A DNA stretch of 61,584 nucleotides, counting the filler, from Choristocarpus tenellus KU-1152 (taxonomy: Eukaryota; Protista; Phaeophyceae), in NCBI GenBank assembly GCA_964200185.2. It is 10 parts of 10 records of this genome, joined end to end, with 100 filler letters (N's around TTAATTAATTAA, not from the genome) between each part and the next. Parts side by side here need not be neighbours in the genome. Positions count along the whole stretch, not along the records: positions 1 to 15,168 come from CAXNAD020001039.1; 9 more parts are not named here. One strand, given 5' to 3'. The position numbers and the translations under genes are program-made. How positions within the stretch are numbered: position 1 is the stretch's first letter; each line of letters starts with the position of its first letter. Under the pieces are notes generated by a model. That model did not search any database. It had not been told where the DNA came from and saw only the letters and a program-made list of their open reading frames with translations. This document shows positions 1-13,554 of this stretch, piece after piece.

Positions 1-95
1 ATACGTCGGATGAATACCGTAAATACCCTTTTCCTGATTTTGACCTAAATGGACACCCTGGTATAGCCCCCCCCCCCTCCCAGATACTTTGGGTC
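1..95 (+). mobile_element. MITE-like family B, right part
   Basis: ATACGTCGGATG...AAATGGACACCCTGG...CCCAGATACTTTGGGTC matches copies at 21.4 kb and 45.4 kb. Confidence 0.75.
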
Positions 96-280
96 TGACA
101 CCATAATTAAGAAATATTCTTTCTACTAATAATGTTTAAAATGGCGTCTTTCTGCCCTTTCTCGGGATCCTTAAAGTGCAACCCTGCCTACCACTCAGCT
201 GGTTTGACTCAGGAAGCAATGAAGTTTGAAACGTCAAATATAGTTATATCATTTATCCCACTAGTTGTAACTCCACACAT

Positions 281-1030
281 GTGATGCTATCGACCCTCCG
301 AATCCTTGCCAGGGGAAACTGATTTGATGATATCGAGAAAATTTCTGGTATATCTGAGAGCACAGCACAAACCACGTTTCACCGCTTCTATGAATGTTTT
401 GCGCGTGATGTGTACTCGAGTTGGATTTATCTACCAGAGGGCGAAGATTTGGGGGAGGTCATGCCCACGTATGTAGCTGTGGGGCTTCCTGGTGCTGTAG
501 GCTCCACTGATGTCACACATGTGCGGTGGGAGAGGGCGCCCATTAGTGATGCGCTGTATTACATCGGTAAGGAGGGTTATGCAACGGTTGCCTCTGAAGT
601 GACCGTTGACCATGCTGGATTTGCACGGGGAGTGACTGCTGGATTTCCTGGAGCCAAAAATGAAAGACAACCATTCGATATAAAGGTGCTATCCAGAAAC
701 TAAGGAATGACCCCACATACAGACAACTGGAGTACAACGTCAAGGACTCCGTTGGGAACTGTTACACCGAGAAAGGAGCCTATGTCCTTGTCGATGGGGG
801 CTACCACAAGGTGACAGGAAAAACGTGACTGTACGGCCATGTCTATATGTTAGGGTTAGCTCCTTGAAAATGAGTGCTCATCAAACTAGCAAGTCAACAT
901 TCCTTTGCCCAACCCGATCTTTGCATTTGCAGGTGCACAATATGCCCCCTGAGGGCATCTGTGACACAGGCACAGGCAAGGTGGAGCGAACGAGTGGAGA
1001 GCGTATGCAAGGATGTCGAGTGCTACTGCT
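281..1030 (+). pseudogene. PIF/Harbinger DDE transposase, decayed (stop codon, frameshift, truncated)
   Basis: Translation shows Harbinger motifs: LRILARG*FDD..ISESTAQ..F, GLPGAVGSTDVTHVRW (first D), Y.GKEG, GFPGAKN, YVLVDGGYHK (second D, frameshifted near 665), and after a short intron (~811-932) RWSERVESVCKDVEC (E motif). In-frame TGA at ~340. Confidence 0.88.
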
Positions 1031-2500
1031 GCCTGTCCCCAAAATCTGCAAGTCAACCCCCCCTTCACCACTGCTTGTCCCCAAAGCCCCCAAGTTAACC
1101 TCCCCTTCGCCACTGTCTGACTCCAAATCCCCTGAGCCCCCCTTTACCACTGTCCCATCACCTCCCAACATCACCCCAGCACCACCGATATTCTCGTCCA
1201 GCCTCACTGCCACCAGTTGCTCATACCGTTTCCTACAGAACTCTGCCCGAATAGTATCACCACTCTTCTCAAAAGTCTGCCAAGCTTTCTAAGCAGTCTT
1301 GAGCATTCCATCAAATTTGCACCTATCTTCCCTGGTAATAGCCTTTTCTTCCATCCTTTTTTTCCTATCTTCCGTAGCAGTAGCCTTTTCTGCCATGGTG
1401 TCTACGTGTCTCCTCATGTCTCTAGCCGCATCATCCAATGTGGATACGAGGGCACTAATAATGTGGTCGCCCAACTTCAAGTCCTCCTCAGCAGCCCTCC
1501 GTAACTGCTGTCGGCTCGTCGATCCTGGGTTTGCTGCTAGTCTGAACCTCCTCATTGCCTCTCCACACCCTCCATTGAAGAGGACTCCACTGACCCCCCA
1601 TCCTTGCTGAAGTTACAGGATGTGAACCCTTCTTGTAGGGGTCCCTCAATCATACCCATGTCAAAGCCTTGGAGCACATCATTGGACGGGGGTCCATATA
1701 CTGCAAACAGGAGAAGATATGGAGGGACCTAACCATCTGGCATTTTTTATGGAGGGGGGGGAATAGGGGAAACCTGGGGCAAAGGTCTCCCCCCTGATCC
1801 AGGAGAGTAGTTCTTCGCTGGGCCTTTCTGGGGTGGCACTGGCAGGACTGGAAGTGGGACCTCCCGAATCACACCCCACCACTTTGACCTCAGTCGCCGT
1901 TGGAGATTCGCCTTCATCCTCCTCCCTTACAACAAGGTCGATGGTAATCCCAATAATCCTCGATCTATCCTGTTCCTCCCACAACAGGTCGCAAAGCTTC
2001 TGCAGGCAGTCCGTCTCCTGCTCCCCAGACGGCAACTTTCCTCCGGGAACAAGACTGGGAAGCAAGATAAGTGTTGGATATGTGTATGTTAAGATAACTC
2101 GCCATTGAGCGTTGTGATTGTGGATTTCAGGTGTGTAATCTACGAAAGTGAATTGCAATACAGCAGGAGCTCAGGCAACATCTAATGTCATACTCACGTC
2201 AGCCAGAGGGGGATGTACACGTTGGTAACAATCTTCTGCGCCTTAGTCCACCTAGACCATATCGAAGAGTTCGCACCTAGGAACGCCTTCGGAATGGTCA
2301 TCTTCCCCGCCCCCAACGTTGTCTACTCCAACACTTCCGTCGTAAAGAGTCGGGGGGGTCAAGTCTGGGGCTTCCTCTCCTAACCACCTCAAGAATCCAG
2401 GGACGACCACTTCCATGTATGCTTGCGTTGCCAAGGCATGTCTCGAATTCCGTGAAACTGTGCTTCCGCATTCCTTCACGGACCTCGCCGCATAGGCGAT
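1030..2500 (-). pseudogene. Probable Harbinger second ORF (accessory/DNA-binding partner), decayed
   Basis: Convergent with the transposase. Fragmented ORFs 2252-2479, 1679-2158, 1289-1555 and 881-1213 give an acidic/Pro-Ser low-complexity middle and a charged coiled-coil-like end (EDRKKRMEEKAITREDR), with internal stops. The two-ORF layout is typical of PIF/Harbinger. No clear Myb/SANT motif recognised. Confidence 0.45.
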
Positions 2501-2777
2501 GGGAGGTCTCGTATGTACATTACAAGGCTTCGGTGTAATTGAAATGAAATCAATAGTAAAACTCTCTTCTATTCTATTTTTCCAGCTCTCTTTTTCCCAT
2601 TCAGATTTTCATCAAAAAACAAAACCAAACGGCAAAAAAAACGTGCGTATAGGATGACCTGTTCTTACTTTTCTTTTGTTACACAATTTTTAAATTCCCA
2701 CGTTTTACTCCTTTGAATCTTAGATTTTGGATTTTAGTTTGCGCGTGAAATGAGTAAGTCACATGTCATTGTGCCAC

Positions 2778-5700
2778 ATGACGATCCTTTCAAGTAGCCA
2801 TGTCAAGCTCATACTTGGGATTGTTGCTGTCTTGAACCTAACTGTACAAGGGGAGAAGCATGCTGGTTTTGTCAAAAGGTGTGAGTCGAAGTTCTTTTCT
2901 CATTGATGGAGTATCGCGTGTGTCACTAAAGTACGAATCAGCAGTGGGATGGGAATAGCTTGGTGGAGGTGTTTCACCTCGCGGGTACAGCAGTAAGTAG
3001 GAATTTAGGTTTGTTTTGATCCACGTTTAAACTGGTGTTGTCGCAGGCATGGTGCACTTAATCGATCTGGGGCGAGACACACCCCAAGGGGACTTGGTCG
3101 AAGCCTGATAGGAACTGTCCAGGCGTTAGCCGCCAGACCTAATCTAGTGGTTCCAGATTCTCCAGTGTCTGGAACTGAAGGGGAACTTTCAAGGTAAGGT
3201 ATAACTTGTGCGAAAGCATTTCGAAAAATATAGTTTTATGAAGGGATCGGTCGAGTCTCTCGCCTTTCAGTGCCTAGTCTCTCGATCTTTCGACGTTTGA
3301 TATACCATAATGCTTAACCACAACGAGAGACAGTCTGCTACCGCACATTGTCTTTAGACGGATGTCTAGAACTGTAGGTAAACTTTCAAGGTAAGGTATA
3401 ACTTGTGCGAAAGCATTTCGAAGAATATAATTTTGTAAAGGGATCGGACGAGTCTCTCGCCTTTCAGTTTCTAACCTCTCGATCTTTCGACGTTTGATAT
3501 ACCATAATGCTTGACCACAACGAATGAGAGACAGTCTACTACCGCACATTGTCTTGAGACGGAAGATAGTATCCTTCTGGCAAGGTGCTTGGAAGAGGAA
3601 TGAGCATGATAAAGCAATAATTGCCCTGGCATTGCCCACCCTGGGGGCGGTTCTTGTTGATCCAGTGTTGTCAATGGTTGACACATGCTATGTGGGAAGA
3701 CTGGGGGCACTGAGTTTGGCTGCCATTGGTCCAAGCTCGGCAGCCTTCGGTTTCGTTTTTTCGACAGCGAGGTGAGCATGTGTTTGATCAACAACAGTGG
3801 TCTATTTTGTTGTGTAATACGATGAATTGTCCGTGATCAAAGGGACAATAATCGCACTTGATCACCGATTTTAGTTTCTGGACTTCATGCAAAATGATGT
3901 TTTCTATGACGTCACCTAGTGGAGTCACCGCATCACACATACTACAACAATGGTCAAATATGAGTAGTGTGTTCATCACTTTTGTCACACAGCTGTTGTA
4001 CTAAGTATCCTCGCCTGGACATGATAGCAAGATCCACTAGATGTTGCACATCTTGATTAAAATGAAACTGGTTGAGTCCTCACGTTTGGAGCTGAACTAT
4101 GGCATGTGGGGTTGGAATCTGCGACTGCAGTCTAGCATCTGCACACTACTGATCCTTTCAAAGTAATCCCATCATGACCGATTCAAATTTTACCTCCTCT
4201 CCTCTTTCCCAAACTCTGGTGCAGTTCTGTGCTCATGGTACCAACAGCAGTAATGATATCCAAAGCACGGTGAGTGTATCCCTTTTTTCCCCTGCACATG
4301 TTTGCAGATTTTTATACTCTCATCTACTTTTCTCATGTACTATGCTAAATGGTTCAGGTGCTTGATCTCAAGGTGCTACTTGATTGAGAGAGCACCATCC
4401 GTAGCTGAGTACCATCACTTTGTAGGCCAACTTTTTGTGGAGATTAATGCACATTTGGATGATGGTGGGATTCGATTGTGGTACGAAAGGACTGAAGGTC
4501 CCATCGAAAATCAAGTCCCGTTTGTCCCTGTGGCATATAACTTCCTCAGCCGTTATTTTCCTCAACACTTGATTCTTCAACTTATCACAGGTGAAGTTGA
4601 TTTGTCAACCTCACTGAATCCTGATTAGAACTCGGTAGATATGTCTTTGCCATAAGGTTAGGGATGGTTGCAATGTCCAAGAGTTTTCAGCTAAGATTGA
4701 TCGCGCTTCCCTCTGTTTATTTTCAACCACTTGCTTTTTTTGTAGTGATCATTTTGGCCTATGGTGTAAAGCACTCCCTCTGGGCAGCTTAATCAGCTTC
4801 TCATTAGGGTGCAAATGCAATCCAGGTTTTTGTATCAGAATCAGGCGTATAAATTGCAAAGAGGATATTCTCACCATCCAGTAGAGCCCTTGGTTACTTT
4901 TAAAGCCTTACAGTGGTGGTTGACAACAGCGCCTTCAGGTGCTCATGGACAAGCAGGTCTTTTCTGCTCCCAGATGGGGCCCTACCCAACTGCCCCTATA
5001 CCAGAAGCAAGAGTCACGGGGTCAAAAACATTATTTTCTTGGAACATGCCTGATGTTTTTTTACGACATGTAGGTCTGTCATCTCTATTTCCAGTACAAA
5101 ACTGCGTGAAACCACCCCAGCGAAATGATCCTATCTAACTCTAACAAGTGAGAAAGGGCTAGTGTGTTGTACTCAAGAGGTGGGGAGGGTGCAAAGAGAC
5201 ACTTGTGAAGAATGTGAACGCCTTCCTGGAGGCAGGGGGCCAGGGCCTGAATGGCACACTGGAGAGCACATGATACACTGCGCACAAAATCATATCCCTA
5301 ACCCTGACCAAGTGCCTGACTGAATGTACTTGTCTTTGAGCCACGTACCAAACCCAAGAACATCAGACTTCACCTACAGTCGTAACACTAGTCCCTTCTA
5401 CATCCCCAAGGGCAAAGAGCAACACAGTGGGTGTGGGAAGGACACTAACCTTTGCGTCAGCCCTGGCGGCAGTACTGGGTATTTTTCTGTCGTGGTTCTT
5501 CTACGTGCATTGCAGTGTGCTCTTGAGTGTCTTGGGGGCACCAACCCAGGCACTGCACCTAGCTATTCCATACCTGAGGTGGCGTGCACTGTCGATGCCA
5601 GCAAACCTTCTCCTCCTTGTGGCTGCAGGTGCCTGCAGGTGAGACTTGCTTTTGACCTAGATACTGAAGTGTATCGACCTTTACATCTCCAACGCCAATC

Positions 5701-6449
5701 TCTCAAAGGAATCAGGGGATTTCTTCTTCTTTTTCTCTTTCAGGGTAGAGAGTTAATACTGGTGTTGATTTGTAACCCTACTGTTTGTGCGCCTCATATA
5801 GGGTTAGGGCTGTTTCTTAGCACCAGGAAACTGTTCTCGCCTTCTGGGACCATTTTTCTCCCCTTCGAGACAATCAATCAAGAAATGGCCATTCTGTCTG
5901 TTCTTGTCTGTTGTTGACTGGTGATCTGTGGTCACGTTGCCATGATGTGATAAGAAGTTTTTCTCAGACCTTTGAAAAGGATGAATAGAAATGATGAATT
6001 GATGATGAAAATACAAGCAGCTCAAGCACAAAAATGGACCCGAAGCACCAGAGTGTTTTTAAACACTTCATCACGATCATGGGATTGGAATAAGGAGTGA
6101 TGCCCCATTGGCGGGGTAAATTTAAATTTGTAAATTTGGTCCCGTGACTTATCACAGCGGATGATGAAAAAGGACAAGATAAGAATGAAAAAAAAATCAA
6201 CTCTGGAAATGAATTTTCCAAGAATATTGTGGACCCGAAAAATGATAAGAGGAGCAGTGTGGGTTGGAATCATGGGACTGTTTTTTTTGCTGTCAGACAC
6301 AAAGGAGAAGGGTTATGGTTTGTGCAATGCCTATGGTACATTTTCCCTCTTTTTTATCAGGAGGTCTGGTATGGAGGTATTGCTGTGTTGATGTTGCCCT
6401 TGGACTATTGATAGACTCTTTAGGGTTAGGGTTAGGGTTACAAACCGTG

Positions 6450-6480
<31 letters not shown>

Positions 6481-9400
6481 CACCCTTATTGCATCATGTG
6501 CTATTGTGCAGTTTGCTCGCTATCCATCCTTTTCTTTTTTATAGCTTTGTTGTGGTCCTGCCCTTTCAGTTCAGTTTGGTTTGGTTTGGTTTGCTTGATC
6601 CATGGCAGTATAATGTGTCCCCTTCAACAGGACACTCTTTCACAGGGTAACATATGTTGCATTTGACTTTTAGTGTCAATTTTGCAATGTTGGTTGTGAC
6701 TCACTGCGTTACCACCTTCCTGTAATGTGATTGTTTATTACAATGCGGAGCATGTTGTTTGGGAATGCATGCAGGTAACACTTGCAGTGTTTGCCACTTG
6801 TTGGAAGCGAGTTGATTATGCTGATGAGTGAAAGTATCTTAGAGGGTAGGAGTTTTGCCCTGTTTGTCTTTTTTGGGGGGGGGCTTGGATTCCCACGGGG
6901 TTTTTGTATCATTTTATTTACTCTGAATGCTATGAAGTAGGTAAAAATGTGTATGTTATGAAAAGGTGTGTCTGGAACAAGGATATTGACAAATACTAAC
7001 AAACTTGATAGTCAAAATTACATCAAAAGTTCAACATTGGATTTCGGTCGCCAAATGGACGCGGCTCTACCCTAACCCTAAGATACTTTGACTCTGATGA
7101 GAGACTAGAAGTGCGAAATCGTTGGCCTCATTTGGTTACATGTTTTGTGTGTAAGCATTTTATCGGCAATGGTTCGTGACCAAGGGGTTGTGTGTGTGTG
7201 TGTGTGTGTAGACATGATTGATACGTTTTTTCTGGTAACATAGGTATTGGCAGTGGTGATGCTAAATACTATTGTAGTGATGTATCACTTTATAGCTCTC
7301 TTGTTTCTGCTGACCACGGATTGGTGACAATTTCTGGATATTGTGTGTGTGTTTTTTATTCCTACCTCATTTTGTCGTGTGCCAAGGACCCTGCTATAGT
7401 TGGAAGGATATCTTTTTCATCTTGATATGTTCCCTACTGGCCTCGAGTATTGAGCTAGAAAATTCCAGAGAGAAGTTGGAGGGAGCTCTGACCCTAGCCC
7501 AAGTTCCATTTATGTACATGATAGCATTCTCTCCCATGATTCTTGTTCCTGCTATACACTGATACATTTTTTTTGCATTGATTGTTGGGGGTTTTTCTAG
7601 TGCTGAGCATAACATCAAAAATCCTCTCTGCCATTATGCATCTGTGATGATGATGATGATGTGTATTGGATAGTGACTCAGTGTAGCGATATGCTTGTTG
7701 CATTTTCAAAAAAATAAAATAATATAAGTTTAGCATTAGCCTCAACAAGTTATGAAAATCACCTCTTTTGGACAAACCAAACAAAAGCCATGAATCAAGG
7801 TGTCATTCAGAGTATACCTTGCCTGGAGGAAAATAGTATAGTATGATGAGATGTTACATTGAGGAGTGAAATTGGAGGAGGGAATCCCCATGTGTCCGCA
7901 TTGAGAATTGATTGGATGTAACCTGATCACATGTATCCTGATTATTCCAGGGGTATGAAAGAACCAAAGGTCAGCCTTGTCAATGGGTTCCTTATTGGCG
8001 GGATCAATATGGTGCTGGACCCATTACTGATGTTTGGACTCAATCTGGGCACGGCAGGGGCAGCAATGGCAACAGCAGCTGCACAATGGGCAAGTGGTGG
8101 AGGGGGTTTAAGGTACCAGGTATCTCTCACTGTGTAGTTTGTCTCACTCATGTGTTGGTGCACAGATGTACTTGGGTGGAACGACGGAGGTACTATTTTT
8201 GTGCATAGAGCTGGGTGTGTAGTGTGATGGTGGTTGACTAAACCTTTGTCATGTAATCGTTTGGTTTGTAAGTGTTGATATTATTTATTTGTTTAATGTA
8301 ATTTTGTTACATTCTATCTTTTGTATTTTTTGTTTATTGAGGGAGAATGTGTGCCCTCTTCTACACTACCAAAGGGAGAGGAAGAGAACCTCGACACACT
8401 GGACCAGTTCAAGAAATTGACTTTCCGTGGTACCTGGTCCATAGGAGTACAACACCCTAACCTGGCATACAAGGATGCCCCCAAGAACATACACGATTGT
8501 GGCCCTTTCTCAAGTGTTACATCATATGTCGGCACCCCACTAGTATTTGAGAACTTCATTAGTTAAAGACATGAATTCGAATGAAGGAAGGAAACAGGAA
8601 GGTGGAATAACATGGAGCTCATGATGTTATCTGTATGCCGAACTCTTACCCTAGACCCTAGCTGATAATCGTTATAGCAAGCAGAACAGTTCTGACTATG
8701 AACGCTTTCACTTCCTGCAAGAGATAACACCATTTCAACTTCTTGTTTATCTCTACCTGTACAGTTCGAATTTTTGAATTGTTTCTGGAGTCATGTGTCA
8801 AAGCTTGCATTATAAATCGACATTTTGTACAAGGCAATATTTATAGTGGTGATGTGATTGCAACAGCGGACAGGACTCCACCCTCCATACCCACTTGCTT
8901 CTCCTCAATGAAGCACTTGAACGTGCCGTGATGCAGGTGGGTCTCTTGGCCTACATCAGATACTTCTGGAAGCGAAGGGAGGAGCTGGGCCTTGGAAACC
9001 CAACCAGCCTACCCACCAAAAAGGAGATGCAGGAGTTCATAGGAGCTAGTGGCACTATGTTCTTTCGACAGGTTCGGAATTGTTGCCCTGAATAAGCTTT
9101 GGTTTTGTCCTTGGTTCCATTTGTGAGGTGTCTCTTTCACTGAGTCAGAAGGTGATCTTGTCAGTGTGCTTATTCCCTTTCCATTTTTTTTTGTAGTTGC
9201 TGTGTTGCAGTATGACTCTGCCATAGAAGTTGTGTTGGGACATTTGGACTGTGCCCTGCTTCCCTGCTTGCATGAATACTGCCTAGTATTCATTTATGCG
9301 TTTATAGTACAGCCTCATCAAGAGTGGAGTGGCTATGAGTTGTTCCTGTGTGCCAGCTGGATGGTTATTCCGAGATGGTTATTTTGTGGTACTAATTGCT

Positions 9401-12400
9401 TCCAATTGATCGGAGTCGTTTTGAAGATACGTTGAATCTTTTTTCATCATTTTTGTGCTTTTGTCTTTATTTACTGAATTGATGAAATATACTCATCGAT
9501 CGTTACACAAAACGTTCTGAAAGATGCAAAATACCTGACCACAAGAGTGCAAGTGATCATACCAGACAGGGTAACTGTGGCAGGGTCGGCACAACAAAAG
9601 TGTTTCGCATCTGACCTGGTTGAGGGCCTTGGGAATTTGGTAGGGCCAGTCCATGCATGGACCAGGTCAGTTTTTTTTTTCACTTGTATGATTTGTTATG
9701 TAGCTGTTGACGGACGAAGTGTCCACAATTGTGGAACAGTTGGTTGCCTAGCCACAGTCATCTGGAAAGTGACATAATTTAATGGGATTCATCCCGTTTG
9801 TGCCTCATTTCATCATATCAGGGCTATATTTACACTGGGTTGAGAGTAAGCTGGGACCTGCTACCACGTAGTCAATAGAAATCTTCTGAAGGTCCTGCAC
9901 TTTGGGCGGGTCACCACCTGATGCAAGGCGCGTTCTTTCCTCTGTCCTCATGCAAGAAGTTGAATGTATATTGTATTGAGGAGGCAGGCACCTTACTACT
10001 TCATCTCTTCCTATTTGCTGCAGCATCCAACAATCAACACCACATATGCTTGCCAAAGATGGAGATGTCCACATGTTGGACAAATCAGGATTTATGTCAT
10101 TTGTGCTTAACAAATCAGTAAGACAATAAATGTGTACAAATATTTGTGTTTGTATTTGTATGTCAAGGTTAAAGGAGTGGTGAAGATGTAAAGTCATTTC
10201 TAATCTAGAACCTTGTACCGTATATCATGTACTAAGTACAAATCAACATATTCCACTCTCTGGCATGATTCAGTATGCCCCTCCCTGACATGTTTCATAT
10301 TTCTTGATTACAACCCTCAATACAGCTCTGCAATGTAGGTGCCTGGACCTTAATGGCAAGCATAGCGTCAAGAATGGGTGTGCTTGAGATAGCAGCTCAC
10401 CAGCTCATCTTGTCAATGTGGTTGGTGATAGCATTTGTTCAAGGTGGGACGAGATAGCCAACAAGCACCACCAGACAGGCATGAAATGTCACAGAGCTAT
10501 AGTGTGGATTTTTGCACACCCTCGATGAAGTTTGGGTGGGTTGAAGAAAGTGTGAAATTCTTTGAGGTGCATCGTGTCATTTATTTAAAGTACATTTGGG
10601 TAGTATTATATCTTTCTGAAAGGCTATGGTACAGGGTTTGTAGTTGTGGACCACTGCAGTGCTGGAAGGATCTCTTCAACTTCGTTGTATTTTGTTAGTG
10701 GAAACCTGGGAGTATAACTTACACTCTGGAGCAGATAGTGACATATTTTGCAAAGTACTACTGTAGTTTCGGCATGGCGCTCTTAACCTGACTCTATCCC
10801 TGACGTAGTTTCTGTGATGCAAGAGATGCTTATATTATTTATATTATTTTTTCACTGCCGGACAGTTGTTCAGAGCACAACTGTACGGTAGTGGCGAGAA
10901 TTGATTGTGGTGTCTGTTTTGTTGGATCTACGTACAGAGTATGTTGAACTAAGGAGAACATTGCTACTACTGTTGGGAATTATTTGACACCATCCACCCT
11001 CAGTTTGGCCAGTTTTTATTTCCATTTTTTTTTTTCTATGTTTGCTGCTATTTATTATTGCAACTGTTGTGTATTTTGTTGTTGAAGATGAAATACAAAA
11101 GAACGGTCAAGTCTCCTGAGGGTGGTACTTAGCATATTTGTGAATGTGAATGTGGTGAGCCCGATCAGGCTAGCAATGCCTTGTTGCCAATCATCACAGA
11201 GACTTCATTTTCTCAAACTAAGTCACCATAGGTGCCACACCTATTGATCTTTTGTAGCTTTTCTCCGATGACCCCTAAACTTCCCTTTCATGATTGCCAA
11301 AGCAGACTCCTTGGGCGTTGCTGGTCAAGTTCTTGTATCACAGTACTTGGGAATGTCACGGGATGCATCTGGTACACCTAATCAAAAGGGTGAACAATCA
11401 GAGGCGATCATATTCCAGGAGACTGCACGATCCGTTGCTAAGCGTGTTCTCACGTTGTCACTGGGGGTTGGCATTGTCCTGGCATCATGTTCATCGGTGG
11501 TGGTTCCATTGATGCTTCCCCTCATTTGTCACTCAGCTGAGGTGGTAAAGATTGTGTCTCAGGCAAGTTATGCACTGCATGATTGATGATTCATATGTTC
11601 GTGGCAAGTATAGTGTAGAGGTGGGTTGACAGTACTACACACAAGATGGTCGGACTGCTTTCATGAGTGCCTTTTCTACCTCAAGGCTAGGGAAATTTTC
11701 GGTCTTGAGTGGTCCCAGGACAAGGAATTGAGGACCCTGTGACTTATGCAATGTTATGTTAAGATCTAAATGGGCTGGCACAGTTCAACATGCCATCAAG
11801 TTCTTCAATTCTATGATATCTATTTTATCTGGCAGTAGTTGTGGGAACTTGCCTTGAAACCGTCTGCTGTAATCAGTAGGTCATGGAAAACCCTTGGACG
11901 ACATGACCAGAATGAACAGCAGTGTACAATCATGTTTTTGCTGGCAATGCTCGTGTTAACTTAGGTACCACTCCGGTTGATACTCCAACCATGTTTCACG
12001 CACTACTTCCAAACTAGTGGTCGGTATTTTCGCGATTTCTTGTCCACCCCGCTGAATGGTGATGCAAGCAATAACATTCCTGTCGGATTTTGAATTGTAG
12101 GAGTAGATAGTTTGTGTTTTGTGCTCTTGCATGTCGGACTAATTCAACAGTGCAGTACGGAAAAATATGAAAATGGTTAGCACTGTCCAGAGCCGTTCTT
12201 TGCTAACCCAACCTCCACTTGCCACACCAGGTGTTCCTGATGATTATGTTTGCCTTCCCAATGTGTTGCCTTGTTTGGTCATGGGATGCGCTCTTCTATG
12301 GAGCATCTGACTTTGTTTACAATGCTAAAACAGTTGCTGTCGCTTCAGCACTTGGTGTTGCAGGTGAGGGGAACTGTGACCAGAATACCATCTGATGCAA

Positions 12401-12790
12401 AAAAAATCTCTCAAGTGCCTTTGATTTTTTACTGTAATGCAACCTAAGGAAGCTTTTTTCTCACTTGGCAAGACAAGGAAGAATCCATGTTTTGTTCTCT
12501 TGACGTTTTCATTTTATATTGACAAATTTCCTCCCCATGGAACAGGCACTCTCTGCTCTCTATCACGTGGCTGGGGAGTCAGGGGCTTGTGGGTAAGCAT
12601 GACATTTGTTCTGTTTGGAGTACGATTGTTGGCTCACACTTGGCGGTTCAATTCTCCACATGGACCATTTGGTGCTGGGCAAATCACTGGAGAGGATAAG
12701 CTAGGATTTGGTGTACAAGGCCAAGCGCCTGAGCCCATTCTGGGCAATGTAGATAGTGGAGGAGAGTTCTGTATGGCCGCTGCTGCTTGA
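2778..12790 (+). CDS. MATE (DinF/DTX-like) multidrug/toxic compound efflux transporter, 13 exons, ~630 aa, probable signal + plastid transit presequence
   Basis: Phase-consistent exons 2778-2878, 2942-2992, 3047-3193, 3334-3390, 3535-3771, 4225-4269, 5411-5638, 7951-8089, 8937-9071, 10326-10443, 11306-11562, 12231-12363, 12546-12790 (1893 nt). Motifs: IALALPTLGAVLVDPVLSMVDTCYVGRLGALSLAAIG, GACRGMKE, NMVLDPLLMFGLNLGTAGAAMAT, IAAHQL, DSLGVAGQVLV, WDALFYGASDF, WGVRGLW. The first three exons are less certain. Confidence 0.9.
3170..3565 (+). repeat. Tandem duplication (~197-nt period) spanning an exon end, an intron and an exon start
   Basis: AACTTTCAAG|GTAAGGTATAACTTGTGCGAAAGCATTTCG...GACAG|TCT.CTACCGCACATTGTCTT occurs twice (donors at 3194 and 3391). 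Confidence 0.95.
6420..6440 (+). repeat. Interstitial telomeric tract (TTAGGG)3+
   Basis: TTAGGGTTAGGGTTAGGGTTA; the longest of many such short tracts. Confidence 0.9.
6826..7094 (+). mobile_element. MITE family A, full length (GAG...CTC termini, 4-bp TSD TGAT), in MATE intron
   Basis: TIRs GAGTGAAAGTATCTTAGAGGG / CCCTAAGATACTTTGACTC, flanked by TGAT on both sides. Confidence 0.9.
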
Positions 12791-13294
12791 TTAAGAGTAT
12801 GCTACCATTTTACCAATTATATTAGTGTATTATGAGGACAAAAAAAGTCGAGGGTTGAAGTAATAATAGGAAAAAAATATGTACAACTACAGCATATGAC
12901 TTCCCAGCACCTTATCATATCATCTACCTCACCATTTTTTTGGCCATTCTCTCACTTGTTCGTGTATTGAGAGGGGGATGTAGAGGGGAAATGACAGTAG
13001 GTCCCAATTGTTGCTGTCTACTGTAACCCAGAAGGTTGTGTTGGTCTAGCATACAGAACGGGGGTCACACATGCCAATACTTCTCAGACTAGTGCTCTCA
13101 TGAACTAGTATTGAGTGCATCTAAGTTGTGATCCTTGTTATGCATGTAGATGGAATGTCTAAACTATGAACAATTAATTTTGGTATGATATTCTACCCAA
13201 GTACAAATGGCTGATACCTTCCTCCACTACAACAGAGATCCCCAGTATGGCACATAAATATTGTCGCTGCTTATTAATAATAGCCGTTGGTGTT

Positions 13295-13554
13295 GATTGA
13301 AAGTATCTCCGAGGGTTCGAGTTTTGCTCTTTTTGTCCATTTGGGGTTGGGCTTCCCATGGGTTATTTTATGACATTTTCCTACTCCACAATATTTAGGA
13401 GTAGGTAAAGGATTTATGTTATGAACAGGTGCGTCCGGAACATGGATGTTGACACTTCCTAACAAACACGCTAGCCAAAAAGTATATAAAAATCGCATCA
13501 TTGGATTTTGGACCCCAAATGGACGCGGCTCTACTCTCTAAGATACATTAGCTC
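13295..13554 (+). mobile_element. MITE family A copy
   Basis: Same internal sequence (GTCCATTTGGGG...CCCCAAATGGACGCGGCTCTAC) with degenerate TIRs. Confidence 0.85.

Noticed and set aside
338-345. In-frame TGA in the transposase as recoding or selenocysteine
   Set aside because: Accompanied by a frameshift and truncation; ordinary pseudogenisation.
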